64,000 bases of DNA. Source: an uncultured Candidatus Saccharibacteria bacterium (GTDB lineage Bacteria > Patescibacteriota > Minisyncoccia > Minisyncoccales > JANBVM01). Of this stretch, positions 50,016 to 59,249 are shown piece after piece. Position 1 is the first letter of the stretch. Every line of letters begins with the position of its first letter. The position numbers and the translations under genes are program-made. The notes below the pieces were generated by a model. It saw only the letters and a list, made by a program, of their open reading frames with translations, had not been told where the DNA came from and searched no databases. The DNA lies in NCBI GenBank assembly GCA_964514375.1, contig CAZEQH010000004.1, positions 191 through 64,190 on the forward strand, written 5' to 3'.

Positions 50016-51353
50016 ATGGATGGAATTTCAAAAAAAATAACGGGTGAGGTTAAAATACCTGTTGAGATTCTAAAGGATTCTCAGAAAAAGGTTAAGAATG
50101 TACCCGCCCTAAAGGAACACCTGGAAAAGTCTTTCCAGCAGAGGCTTACGGAAGTTGTGGAAATTCTTTTGGCGGGCGCCATTAACCTGAATGCCTCCGA
50201 TATTCACCTGGAACCCAAGGAGGAGAAATCAAAAATCAGGGTGAGGGTGGACGGACTTTTGCAGGAAGTAACCTCGTTGGAACGGGACCTTTACGAAAAA
50301 ATCGTTTCAAGAATAAAACTTCTTTCGGGTCTTAAATTGAATGTAAGTGATCGGCCTCAAGACGGCCGATTTTCTATTGGCGTCCCCGAAAATACGGAAA
50401 AAGCGATAACTAAATTTTTTACAGTGGAAGTAAGGACCTCGACCCTTCCCACTGAATATGGAGAAACCATAGTGCTTAGAATATTAAATCCCAAAAGCCT
50501 GATTAACCTGGAGGCCTTGGGTCTAAGAGAAGATTTATTCGCTCTGTTCAATAAGGAAATCAAAAGGCCGAATGGAATGATTATCGTAACGGGTCCTACA
50601 GGTTCGGGTAAAACAACCACCCTATACGCTTTCCTGAAGAGTATACAGAGCCCCGAGAACAAAGTGATAACTATTGAAGACCCTATAGAATATCATCTTA
50701 AAGGCATTTCCCAGACGCAGGTAAGTCCGGGAAAGGGGTATGATTTTGCTAATGGTTTGCGCTCTATTATGAGGCAGGACCCCGACGTGGTACTGGTGGG
50801 AGAAATAAGAGACTTGGAAACCGCCAGTATTGCTCTCCAGGCCGCCCTTACCGGGCATCTGGTCTTCTCAACCCTCCACACCAATGATGCTGCCGGGACA
50901 ATCGCCCGCCTGCAAGCTTTGGGAGAAAAATCGGCCAATATAGCGCCCGCTATCAATCTGGTTATAGCCCAGAGACTGGTAAGAAAAGTTTGCAAAGAGT
51001 GTTCTAAAAAAGAAAAGGTTTCTCCCGCCCATCTGAAGAAAATAAAAAAGGCCGTCAAGGGCCTGATTGGGAAAACGGATATTCCGAAGATAGATGCTTC
51101 CCTTGAAGTTCCCAAGGCTGTAGGATGCAAGGAGTGTAATTTTACCGGCTATCGGGGAAGAATGGGTGTCTATGAAGCTCTTACCATAGACGACCAGATG
51201 GAAAAATTCATATTGAATGTAGCTTCCATAGCCGCCTTGAGAGAAAAAGCTGCTGCTTTAGGCATGACTACTATGTATCAGGACGGAATCGTTAAAGTCT
51301 TGCATGGAATCACCACCCTGGAAGAAGTGGAGAGGGTGGTCGGAGAACAATAA
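50016..51353 (+). CDS. pilB: GspE/PilB-family type II/IV secretion (type IV pilus assembly) ATPase
   Basis: ASDIHLEP, Walker A GPTGSGKTTTLYA, Asp box, Walker B VLVGEIRD, His box TGHLVFSTLHTN, and a tetracysteine CKEC...CKEC. Confidence 0.85.
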   Translation: MDGISKKITGEVKIPVEILKDSQKKVKNVPALKEHLEKSFQQRLTEVVEILLAGAINLNASDIHLEPKEEKSKIRVRVDGLLQEVTSLERDLYEKIVSRIKLLSGLKLNVSDRPQDGRFSIGVPENTEKAITKFFTVEVRTSTLPTEYGETIVLRILNPKSLINLEALGLREDLFALFNKEIKRPNGMIIVTGPTGSGKTTTLYAFLKSIQSPENKVITIEDPIEYHLKGISQTQVSPGKGYDFANGLRSIMRQDPDVVLVGEIRDLETASIALQAALTGHLVFSTLHTNDAAGTIARLQALGEKSANIAPAINLVIAQRLVRKVCKECSKKEKVSPAHLKKIKKAVKGLIGKTDIPKIDASLEVPKAVGCKECNFTGYRGRMGVYEALTIDDQMEKFILNVASIAALREKAAALGMTTMYQDGIVKVLHGITTLEEVERVVGEQ

Positions 51354-51355
51354 AA

Positions 51356-51475
51356 CCCCAAGGCTGGGGGTCGACTTAGGTATTGGGAACGCAAAGTTTA
51401 GAACTTTTCCGAGGAACAGCTTCGCCTAAACCAAGCTGTCCAACTGAGAAAAACTCCTAACCCCCAGCCTTAGGG
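51356..51475. other. About 120-nt element bounded by 16-nt inverted repeats, with two internal hairpins (candidate structured RNA or MITE-like element)
   Basis: CCCCAAGGCTGGGGGT (51356-51371) versus ACCCCCAGCCTTAGGG (51460-75): 15 of 16 complementary. Extension TTAGG/CCTAA. Internal hairpins AAAGTT-tag-AACTTT (51393-51407) and ACAGCTT-cgcctaaacc-AAGCTGT (51417-51440). Confidence 0.5.
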
Positions 51476-51505
51476 CTCTATTGTATGCCTTTATTCTAAT
51501 ATATT

Positions 51506-52708
51506 ATGAAAAATTTGTCAAGAGATAGGTCTCCTATTTTCGGCTTTACGGCAGGATTAATCCTGCTTTTTATTTTTCTTCCCTTCAAAGCTAATGCTTT
51601 TTCTTTCCTAGACGTAGTTATTAATGAAATAGCCTGGATGGGGACATCTGTGTCGACTGCCGATGAATGGTTGGAACTGCATAATAACACAGATTTTTTC
51701 ATAGACGTCACCGGCTGGAAAATAGAAACCAGCGACGGCAGCCCGAATGTGGAGCTGTCAGGAAAAATTGGCCCTTCCGGTTTCTTTGTTATTGAAAGAA
51801 CAGACGATAATACTCTCCCTAATATTTCCGCCAATCAGATATATGCGGGTTCCCTGAACAATAAAGGGGAATATATAAAACTTTTGGACAAGGAAAACAA
51901 TCTGATAGACATGGTTGACTGCGATGACGGTTGGTTCGGCGGCGACAATGTTTCCAAGAAAACGATGGAAAGAAAAGTAAGTAATGGAAAAGGAATACCC
52001 GAAAACTGGCAGACTTCTCTTTTTGAAGCCGGGACCCCGGGCGAAGAGAACAGTACGCTGCCATACGACGAAGACGTTTCTGGGGCCAATGCTTTTTCTA
52101 TCGGAAATTTTATCATAACAGAAGTTCTCCCCTCCCCATCAGGCCAAGATGAAGAGGAAGAATGGATTGAACTTTTAAACCAGGATACTCGCCAGATAAA
52201 TCTCACAGGATGGAAGCTTACAGACCAAGCAGGTAGGACAAAAACATATTCTTTCGAAGAAAAAGTTTCGATAGAATCCGGCACATTTATCGTCTTGAGC
52301 CGCCGGCAAACGGGCATCACCTTGAATAATGAAGGAGACGGTCTTTATCTGATGGCGCCTAACGGTAAAATAGCTGACCGTATGGATTATGGAAAAGCAC
52401 CTATGGGAAAATCTTATGCCTTAATCGACGGGGATTGGATGTGGAACTCTTCGCCGACGCCGGGAGGAAAAAATGTAAACATACCTACGGAAGAGGGTGG
52501 GGTTGAAACAAATACCTTTATGGAAGAAGAAAAAGTGCCGCATCAGCCTGTCAGGAAAGAGGAAGTCAGTCCAGGACAGACGGGCGATAAATCCAATAAT
52601 TCTGTATTTATTAAAACGCTCCTGGCCGCCTCCCTTACTTCTGTGATTTCCGGCGCAGTTTTTTTTGTCTGGAAAAATTTCCTGAAGAAAGCCATTTTAG
52701 AAACTTAA
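51506..52708 (+). CDS. Secreted, C-terminally anchored protein with two lamin-tail domains (LTD)
   Basis: Signal peptide ending FKANA. Two LTD-like modules (VVINEIAWMGT...DEWLELHNNTDFFIDVTGWKI; FIITEVLPSPSG...EEWIELLNQDTRQINLTGWKL). C-terminal TM helix. Confidence 0.65.
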   Translation: MKNLSRDRSPIFGFTAGLILLFIFLPFKANAFSFLDVVINEIAWMGTSVSTADEWLELHNNTDFFIDVTGWKIETSDGSPNVELSGKIGPSGFFVIERTDDNTLPNISANQIYAGSLNNKGEYIKLLDKENNLIDMVDCDDGWFGGDNVSKKTMERKVSNGKGIPENWQTSLFEAGTPGEENSTLPYDEDVSGANAFSIGNFIITEVLPSPSGQDEEEEWIELLNQDTRQINLTGWKLTDQAGRTKTYSFEEKVSIESGTFIVLSRRQTGITLNNEGDGLYLMAPNGKIADRMDYGKAPMGKSYALIDGDWMWNSSPTPGGKNVNIPTEEGGVETNTFMEEEKVPHQPVRKEEVSPGQTGDKSNNSVFIKTLLAASLTSVISGAVFFVWKNFLKKAILET

Positions 52709-52800
52709 CGCTGGTTTGATTTTTAATGAAAAATAGTTTAAAGTTGAAAGAGCAAGTTTGCTTTAATAAGCTTTTATTAGTTAATAACCAAAAAACAAAT

Positions 52801-53535
52801 ATGTCAGGACACTCTCATGCCAGAACTGTTAAGCATCAAAAGGACCTGGATGCTCAGAAAAGGAGTAAGGCATTTTCCAAGGTTTCCAGACTGATTTTAG
52901 TAGCGGTAAGAGAAGGCGGAGCTAACCCGGAAACTAACGCCTCTTTAAGAATGGCTATAGATAAAGCCCACTATTACAATATGCCCAATGATAATATTGA
53001 ACGGGCCATCAAACGCGCCACGGGAGAGCTTCCTAGCGGAAAACTGGAAGAATTTACTTTTGACGCCTATGGACCCGAAGGCATCGCTTTGATTATCGAG
53101 GGCATTACGGATAACCGTAAAAGGGCTTTGGCTGACATTAAAAAAATCCTCAGCCAGTATAACGGCAAGCTGGTAGCCGAAGGAGCGGTAAGATGGATGT
53201 TTGAAAGGAAGGGCTGTATCTCGGTTAATATCGAGGAGCAGAAAGAATCTTTAAGAAATAAGGAGCATCTGGAGCTGATAGCTATTGAGGCGGGAGCCGA
53301 GGATACTGTCTGGAGAGAAAATTATTTGGACATTTATACGAACCCGGAAAAGATGGAAGACATCAAGAACGCATTGGAAAAGAAAGAGATTAAGATAGAT
53401 TCAAGCTCCCTGGAATGGAAACCCAATAAGGAAGTGGAGCTAGAAGAAAAGAAAAAAGCCTCCAGCTTGAAGCTTTTCGAGGCCCTTGACGACAATGAAG
53501 ACGTTCAGGATGTATACTTTGACTTAAAACTATGA
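52801..53535 (+). CDS. yebC: YebC/PmpR family transcriptional regulator
   Basis: MSGHSHARTVKHQKDLDAQKRSKAFSKVSRLILVAVREGGANPETN is a canonical YebC N-terminus. The ATG at 52801 is preferred over the track start at 52726. Confidence 0.85.
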   Translation: MSGHSHARTVKHQKDLDAQKRSKAFSKVSRLILVAVREGGANPETNASLRMAIDKAHYYNMPNDNIERAIKRATGELPSGKLEEFTFDAYGPEGIALIIEGITDNRKRALADIKKILSQYNGKLVAEGAVRWMFERKGCISVNIEEQKESLRNKEHLELIAIEAGAEDTVWRENYLDIYTNPEKMEDIKNALEKKEIKIDSSSLEWKPNKEVELEEKKKASSLKLFEALDDNEDVQDVYFDLKL

Positions 53536-54005
53536 CTATATTAGGCGTTGACCCGGGCACTGCCAGTACCGGGTATGGGGTAGTTAAGAAAACGAAATCC
53601 CTGCAGTGTTTAGATTATAATGTCATCCATACTTTCCCGGGAGTCCGCACGGAAGAACGCCTGAGAATAATCAACAACGAACTCTCCAAGGTCATAAAAA
53701 AACATCAGCCAGACGTTTTAGCTATAGAAAACGTCTATTTTTTTAAGAACCTCAAAACCGCCATCCCCGTTTCCCAGGCCAAGGGTTCCATAATGCTGAC
53801 GGCGGCAAAGAAAAGGCTGCCCGTATGCGAATTTACCCCTCTGCAGGTTAAATTAGCCATTACGGGAAACGGCCGGGCTGACAAAAAAGATGTTCAAAAA
53901 AGCATTAAAAAAATATTGAAGCTGAAAGAAATACCAAAGCCCGACCATGCCTCAGACGCCTTAGCTATCGCGATCACTTATCTGATGCAAAGCGGCTCCC
54001 TGTAG
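53532..54005 (+). CDS. ruvC: Holliday junction resolvase RuvC
   Basis: ILGVDPGTASTGYGVV, AIENVYF, and a C-terminal DHASDALAIA. Classical yebC-ruvC linkage. Confidence 0.9.
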   Translation: MTILGVDPGTASTGYGVVKKTKSLQCLDYNVIHTFPGVRTEERLRIINNELSKVIKKHQPDVLAIENVYFFKNLKTAIPVSQAKGSIMLTAAKKRLPVCEFTPLQVKLAITGNGRADKKDVQKSIKKILKLKEIPKPDHASDALAIAITYLMQSGSL

Positions 54006-54026
54006 ACCTTATCCTCTTCTCTGTCC

Positions 54027-54054
54027 TTGACAGAGTTTTTCGGGAAATTATAAT
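54027..54054 (+). promoter_or_regulatory. Consensus sigma-70 promoter for the acidic mini-protein
   Basis: TTGACA (54027-54032), 16-nt spacer, TATAAT (54049-54054). Both hexamers are perfect. Confidence 0.65.
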
Positions 54055-54119
54055 ATCTTGTAAGGTTCCTTAATAAAGGGAAAAAGGTCGGGAAAGGATA
54101 GGACCTTAAAGAAACCGAT

Positions 54120-54305
54120 ATGACTTACCAAGGTAATTTCCCCTTTTCTTTTATTAATGACGATGAAGAAGATTTCATGGACGAGGAAACGGAAGATGAA
54201 TCAGAGGAATTAGACGATGAAGATGATGTCTTAAAAGACGATAAAGGCGTGGAAGATGATGATGAAGGGCTGGAAGATGTAGACGACGAATTCGACGAAG
54301 ATTAA
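54120..54305 (+). CDS. Hyper-acidic 61-aa protein
   Basis: MTYQGNFPFSFINDDEEDFMDEETEDESEELDDEDDVLKDDKGVEDDDEGLEDVDDEFDED: 33 of 61 residues are D/E by my count. It has its own consensus promoter and a downstream hairpin with a T-run. Confidence 0.5.
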   Translation: MTYQGNFPFSFINDDEEDFMDEETEDESEELDDEDDVLKDDKGVEDDDEGLEDVDDEFDED

Positions 54306-54329
54306 AGCCCCTTAAAGGGGGTTTTAATT
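54304..54329 (+). terminator. Weak intrinsic terminator after the acidic ORF
   Basis: AAAGCCCC-ttaaa-GGGGGTTTTAATTTTT: a short GC stem plus a T-rich tail. Confidence 0.45.
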
Positions 54330-54350
54330 TTTCCGCCGCTCATTTCTCTT

Positions 54351-54378
54351 TTGAAAAAAAGAAGAAAATTATTATAAT
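54351..54378 (+). promoter_or_regulatory. Sigma-70-like promoter for the PBP gene (very short leader)
   Basis: TTGAAA (54351-54356), 16-nt spacer, TATAAT (54373-54378). The ATG is only 11 nt downstream of the -10. Confidence 0.55.
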
Positions 54379-54389
54379 AGGTAGATACT

Positions 54390-56384
54390 ATGCCGAAAAG
54401 AAAATATAAAAGGGCAACCTATAAAAAGGAGGGGGGGCGTTTCTGGCTCGGAATACGGTTGTTTTTTGCAGCTTTACTTTTGGGTGTTTTCGCATTTTTC
54501 TTTCTGTTTTTCTATTACGCCAAGGACTTTCCCCGCCCCGAGCTTTTTTCAGAAAGACAGCTTTCCCAGTCCACTAAAATATACGACCGCTCAGGCCAAG
54601 TCCTGCTTTACGAAGTATACGGCGAAGAAAAAAGGACATGGATTCCTTTATCCCAGATACCTCAGCAGCTCCAGCAGGCAGTCATCGCAACGGAAGACGC
54701 TCATTTTTACACCCATTTCGGCATAGACGTTGGACGTATTATCCGGTCCCTGTTGACGGACTTTAAAATAGGTAAACCCACCTACGGCGGTTCTACTATC
54801 AATCAGCAGCTAATCCGTTCTACCTTCTTAACTCTGGATAAAACCATAGAAAGAAAATTCCGGGAAATTATCCTGTCCTTGGAATTAGACAGGAGGTATT
54901 CCAAAGACCAGATTTTAGAGTGGTATCTTAACCAGGTACCCTTCGGCCAGAATGCTTACGGAGTAGAAGCCGCCAGCCAAACCTACTTTAATAAATCCGT
55001 AGAAAATATTTCCCTCTCTGAATCCGCCATCCTCGCCTCCTTAATAAATGGCCCTTCACGCCTTTCTCCTTATGGACAGAATAAAGACGAACTGTTGGCG
55101 AGAAAAGATTACGTTATTGATAGGATGGCAGAAGAAAGATATTTGACCGCAGAGCAGGCCGAGGAGGCAAAACAGGAAAACGTGGAATTCTCAGATAAGC
55201 CCCTGCAGATAAAGGCCCCCTACTTTACTTTATGGGTAAAGCAGCAGCTGGAAGAAAAATACGGGGAAGAATTCCTGCGCGCCAAGGGATTAAAGATTTA
55301 TACCTCCTTGGACTGGGGAATTCAGCAAACCGCGGAAGAGGCCTTAAAGAACGGCATAGAAAGGAATAAATCATACAATGCCCACAATGCAGGCTTGGTT
55401 TCTATAGACCCGAAAACGGGCCAGATTTTAGCCATGGCGGTAGGCACCGGAGATTATTATGACGACCCCTTTCCCAAAGATTGTATTTCCGGAAAGAATT
55501 GTCTCTTCGACCCAAAATTTAACGTAGTGGTGGGGACGGAGAACAACCCGGGGAGACAGCCGGGTTCAGCCTTCAAACCATTCGTTTATGCCACTGCTTT
55601 CAAAAACGGATATACGGATAGAACTACCGTTATTGATGAGCCCACCAACTTCGGGGTTTGGGGAGGAAAAGAATATACTCCGCAGAATTATGACGGACTT
55701 TTTAGAGGGGAAGTTACCCTTAGACAGGCGTTAGCCCAATCTTTAAATATCCCCTCCGTTAAGGTTCTTCTTAATTTAGCGGGGCTGGATGCAAGCATTA
55801 AAACCGCCAAGGATTTAGGTATCACCACTTTAACCCCTCCCTACGGCCCTTCCATCGTCTTGGGGGGATGGGAGGTTAAATTATTAGATATTACTTCGGC
55901 TTACGGGGTTTTTGCCAATGATGGCAGGAGAGTGCCCCCTGTTTCTATTTTAAAAGTAGAGGACGCAAGCGGACGAGTCTTGGAGGAAAATAAAAAAGAA
56001 CCAATAGTGGTGCTGGATAAAGAAGTTGCCAGAATGGTCAGCGATATACTTTCCGACAATCAAGCCAGAACCCCCATGTTTGGTCCTCGCTCCAATCTTT
56101 ATTTCACGGATTACCAAGTGGCAGCCAAAACAGGTACCACCCAAAATTACAGAGATGCCTGGTCTATAGGTTTTACTCCTTCGCTAGTGACCGGGGTGTG
56201 GGCAGGCAATAATAACAACGCCGCCATGTCTTCGAAACCGGCCGTTACTCTGGCTGGCTCCATCTTTCATGATTTCATGGAAAAGACGCTTCCCAAATTC
56301 CCGAAAGAAAATTTTATAAAACCGGCCCTGCTTCTGAACCATCTCTTGGAAAATAATTCTACATCGACAAACCCCACACCGTAA
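54390..56384 (+). CDS. Class A penicillin-binding protein (glycosyltransferase GT51 + transpeptidase)
   Basis: N-terminal TM. GT51 motifs ATEDAHFYTHFGID, GGSTINQQL and RKFRE. Transpeptidase motifs GSAFKP (SxxK), SLN and KTGTT. Confidence 0.9.
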   Translation: MPKRKYKRATYKKEGGRFWLGIRLFFAALLLGVFAFFFLFFYYAKDFPRPELFSERQLSQSTKIYDRSGQVLLYEVYGEEKRTWIPLSQIPQQLQQAVIATEDAHFYTHFGIDVGRIIRSLLTDFKIGKPTYGGSTINQQLIRSTFLTLDKTIERKFREIILSLELDRRYSKDQILEWYLNQVPFGQNAYGVEAASQTYFNKSVENISLSESAILASLINGPSRLSPYGQNKDELLARKDYVIDRMAEERYLTAEQAEEAKQENVEFSDKPLQIKAPYFTLWVKQQLEEKYGEEFLRAKGLKIYTSLDWGIQQTAEEALKNGIERNKSYNAHNAGLVSIDPKTGQILAMAVGTGDYYDDPFPKDCISGKNCLFDPKFNVVVGTENNPGRQPGSAFKPFVYATAFKNGYTDRTTVIDEPTNFGVWGGKEYTPQNYDGLFRGEVTLRQALAQSLNIPSVKVLLNLAGLDASIKTAKDLGITTLTPPYGPSIVLGGWEVKLLDITSAYGVFANDGRRVPPVSILKVEDASGRVLEENKKEPIVVLDKEVARMVSDILSDNQARTPMFGPRSNLYFTDYQVAAKTGTTQNYRDAWSIGFTPSLVTGVWAGNNNNAAMSSKPAVTLAGSIFHDFMEKTLPKFPKENFIKPALLLNHLLENNSTSTNPTP

Positions 56385-56401
56385 CCTGATGTGGGGTTTT
56401 A
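56370..56401. terminator. Intrinsic terminator between the PBP gene and dnaN (convergent)
   Basis: AAACCCCACA-10 nt loop-TGTGGGGTTTT; overlaps the PBP stop codon. Confidence 0.65.
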
Positions 56402-56423
56402 AATTATAAATCAGCGTTCTTTA

Positions 56424-57548
56424 TTAAGACGGTTTTATGGGCATTATAATATAAAGATAATCACTCTTGCCCGTCGGTTTTAATGCAGCCGGTCCGTCTT
56501 CGTTGGTGAGGTTAAAAATCACATCTTCGGTATTTATCTCACCGATCCCGTCTATAAGAAAACGGTGATTGAAAGAAATAGAAATATCTTGCCCTTTAAT
56601 TTTGCCCTTGAAAAAGCTGTTGTATTCTCCTAGGTCAGGGCTTTGACTGGCGACATTTATCTTTCCCTCTTTTGCTTCAAGGTTTATCTTAACTTCATTT
56701 ATTTTACCGCTGAAAAGACTGGCGGCCTTTACCTGGTTAAGGAAATCCTTTTTCTTAACTTGTGTTTCGGTGTTGTATTCCTTGGGAATAATTTCCTGAT
56801 AATCAGGATACTCCCCCTCTACTAATCGGGAGGTAAATTCTATCTGAGGCTGGGCAACCCTGTCCGAGGCAAATTCAAATAATATTTGGTTTGGAGAAAG
56901 ATAAATGTTTAAGTCTCCTTCCTTGTCTCCGAAGACCCCTATAATTTCTTTGGCGGCTGACTGCGGTAATATTAAAGAGTGTTCTTTAGCAACCCCTGTT
57001 TTTATAAATATTTTTCTCTCAGCCAGCCTGAAGCTGTCCGTGGCCACCATTTTAATAGAATCTGGCTGAAAAGAGAGATAGATCCCGGAAATCTCAGGCC
57101 TGGTGGTGGAGGGAGAGGGAATATTGATAATTTGGGCTAACGCTTTACAAAATTCAGAGTTATTAACCACCACAGCCTTACCTTCTTTAGGCTGGGGAAT
57201 AATGGGGAAATCTTCTGGACTTAATCCTTTGATTTTAGTATTAAAATTATCGCACCTTAACCCTAAAGAGAGATTTTTAACCTCCAGCTCTATGGGTTTT
57301 TCAGGAAGAGAATTTATTAAGCTGGACAAGAATTTAGTGGGTATACAAATTTGTCCGTCTTTTTCTATTTTAGCTAACCCCTGCCATTTTATGCTTGATT
57401 CTAGATTGGTGCTAGAGAGCTTTAAAAAGTTTTTCTCCGCTGTGAAAAGGGTATTTTGAAGTATGGGCAGGGTTAAGGATTTTTGGGAAATCCTTTCCAC
57501 AATTTTAATTCCCTCGTTAAGTTTTTCTTTTAATATAATTAATTTCAT
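56424..57548 (-). CDS. dnaN: DNA polymerase III beta sliding clamp
   Basis: 374 aa with a three-domain clamp pattern (LKEKLNEGIKIVERISQKS...LPILQNTLF). It lies directly downstream of dnaA. Confidence 0.9.
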   Translation of the reverse strand: MKLIILKEKLNEGIKIVERISQKSLTLPILQNTLFTAEKNFLKLSSTNLESSIKWQGLAKIEKDGQICIPTKFLSSLINSLPEKPIELEVKNLSLGLRCDNFNTKIKGLSPEDFPIIPQPKEGKAVVVNNSEFCKALAQIINIPSPSTTRPEISGIYLSFQPDSIKMVATDSFRLAERKIFIKTGVAKEHSLILPQSAAKEIIGVFGDKEGDLNIYLSPNQILFEFASDRVAQPQIEFTSRLVEGEYPDYQEIIPKEYNTETQVKKKDFLNQVKAASLFSGKINEVKINLEAKEGKINVASQSPDLGEYNSFFKGKIKGQDISISFNHRFLIDGIGEINTEDVIFNLTNEDGPAALKPTGKSDYLYIIMPIKPS

Positions 57549-57688
57549 TGTTGTTATTGTTGTGGTTGTTAATAATTTATTTTTTAAATATAAATAAGGT
57601 GGGGAAAAAGCGATGATTAACAGCGGGTTTTCCGCCGCATAAAGGGTATTTAATTTTTATTATAAGAAATCTCCACAGCTTACCCACA
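57549..57688. other. Candidate oriC part II: AT-only tract (possible DNA-unwinding element) plus two DnaA-box-like 9-mers in or at the dnaA-dnaN spacer
   Basis: A 29-nt run of only A/T (57569-57597). ATCTCCACA (57669-57677, 2 mismatches to TTATCCACA) and TTACCCACA (57680-57688, 1 mismatch) lie in tandem at the dnaA stop codon. Confidence 0.45.
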
Positions 57689-59032
57689 CAAAACCCTTTG
57701 TTTTATTAACTCTATTTCTTCGCTTAAACTTTCATCCTTTTTCACCGCTTTGGAAATTTTTTCATAAGCATGGATGGCGGTAGTGTGGTCCTTTCCTCCT
57801 AGTTTTCTCCCGATAAAAGGAAAAGAGGCTTTTAGTTCCTTTCTTAATAGATACATGGCTATCTGCCTTGGTTTGACGATTTCTTTTTTCCTGGATTTTG
57901 ATATCAGTTCTTTTATCTTAATATCATAAAAATCAGCCACAGAGCCTATAATTTTTTTAGCGTTAAGAATTTTAGTTTGAGAAGATGTCAGGTTTTTTAG
58001 CAGGGACTTTACGGTCGTAAGATCAGGAGAGGAATTATTCAATTTCTGATAAGCTGCGAGAATATTAAGAGCCCCTTCTAATTCCCTTATATTTCTCTTA
58101 ATATGGGAGGCGATAAAATTAATCACCTCCTCCGATGGTTCACTTTTCCTTTCCTGGCACTTGGTTTTTAAGATGGCTATTCTGGTTTCGAAATCGGGGA
58201 GGGAAATATCTGCTATCATTCCTCCTTCGAACCGCGACCTTAAGCGCTCTGTCAGGGCGGGAATTGCTTTCGGAGGCCTGTCAGAAGACAGGATGATTTG
58301 TTTGTTCTTTTCGTAAAGGCCGTTGAAGGTATAAAAGAACTCTTCCTGGGTTTTTTCCTTGCCTGCCAGAAACTGGATATCATCGATAATTAAAGTGTCA
58401 ACCCGCTGGTATTTAAGTTTCAATTCTTCAGTATTTCGGTTTCTTATAGCGGCTATCACTTCGGAAACAAATTTTTCAGAGGGAATATATTTTACTTTAT
58501 TGTCTTGGAAGTTTTTGCCAATCTCATTGCCGACGGCCTGAAGAAGATGAGTTTTCCCCAACCCCACTCCTCCATAGATGAAAAGAGGATTGTAAACCTG
58601 GCCCGGATTCTGGGCGGTAGCCCAACCGGCCGCTTGGGCTAATTCATTAAAGGGACCGACTACGAAATTTTCAAAAGTGTATTTTTTATTAAGATTAGTA
58701 TCTTTTTCTACCGCGAAGTTATCAAATTCTAGCTGTTCACTTTCCTCAGGCATTACGGCCGGCATTTGTTGAGAAGCTTTCATAGTTCTTTTCCCCACTT
58801 CATATTGAATGGACTTAATGCCGGTGTCTAGGCTGTGCAGGACCCTGAAGATGGTTTTGTTGTATTTTTGCTCCAGCCACTCTTTGGCAAAAGAGTTAGG
58901 TACGGACACGAAAACGGTGCCTTCTCTCTGAGAGGCTATCTCTGTATTTTTAAACCAAGTAGCAAAATTAGCAGAAGAAATTTGAAGTTGAATTTGTGCT
59001 AGAACCGTTTGCCAGAGTTCTTCGTGGTTCAT
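57680..59032 (-). CDS. dnaA: Chromosomal replication initiator DnaA
   Basis: EELWQTVLAQIQLQIS...FATWF, AAA+ Walker A GGVGLGKTHLL, Walker B LIIDDIQF, and the domain IV DNA-binding helix (GKDHTTAIHAYEKI). Confidence 0.95.
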   Translation of the reverse strand: MNHEELWQTVLAQIQLQISSANFATWFKNTEIASQREGTVFVSVPNSFAKEWLEQKYNKTIFRVLHSLDTGIKSIQYEVGKRTMKASQQMPAVMPEESEQLEFDNFAVEKDTNLNKKYTFENFVVGPFNELAQAAGWATAQNPGQVYNPLFIYGGVGLGKTHLLQAVGNEIGKNFQDNKVKYIPSEKFVSEVIAAIRNRNTEELKLKYQRVDTLIIDDIQFLAGKEKTQEEFFYTFNGLYEKNKQIILSSDRPPKAIPALTERLRSRFEGGMIADISLPDFETRIAILKTKCQERKSEPSEEVINFIASHIKRNIRELEGALNILAAYQKLNNSSPDLTTVKSLLKNLTSSQTKILNAKKIIGSVADFYDIKIKELISKSRKKEIVKPRQIAMYLLRKELKASFPFIGRKLGGKDHTTAIHAYEKISKAVKKDESLSEEIELIKQRVLCG

Positions 59033-59249
59033 AAAAATATAATAAATAGGTTGTTAAACTTTTTCACAGCCTGTTAATATTTTGTTAAAAAGAGATTCGG
59101 CTTGCCGAATACTTTTTAATTATACTACATGTCAAAAGAATGTAAAACAAAAAGGAAAGAGGCTCTTTTGTTAATAATATGGGTAAAAACTGTGGATTAA
59201 ATTTTCCCTCCGCCTTTCCGCTTTCCGAGGAATAAAGCAACCTCCAGAA
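59033..59249. other. Candidate oriC part I: AT-rich dnaA-rpmH intergenic region with DnaA-box-like sequences
   Basis: TTTTTCACA (59060-59068) and TGTGGATTA (59191-59199), each one mismatch from TTATCCACA or its complement. Classic position between divergent dnaA and rpmH. Confidence 0.5.

Noticed and set aside
51496-52320. Minus-strand ORFs 51496..51834, 51819..52064 and 51835..52320
   Set aside because: They are antisense to the lamin-tail-domain gene, which has a signal peptide and two recognisable repeated domains.
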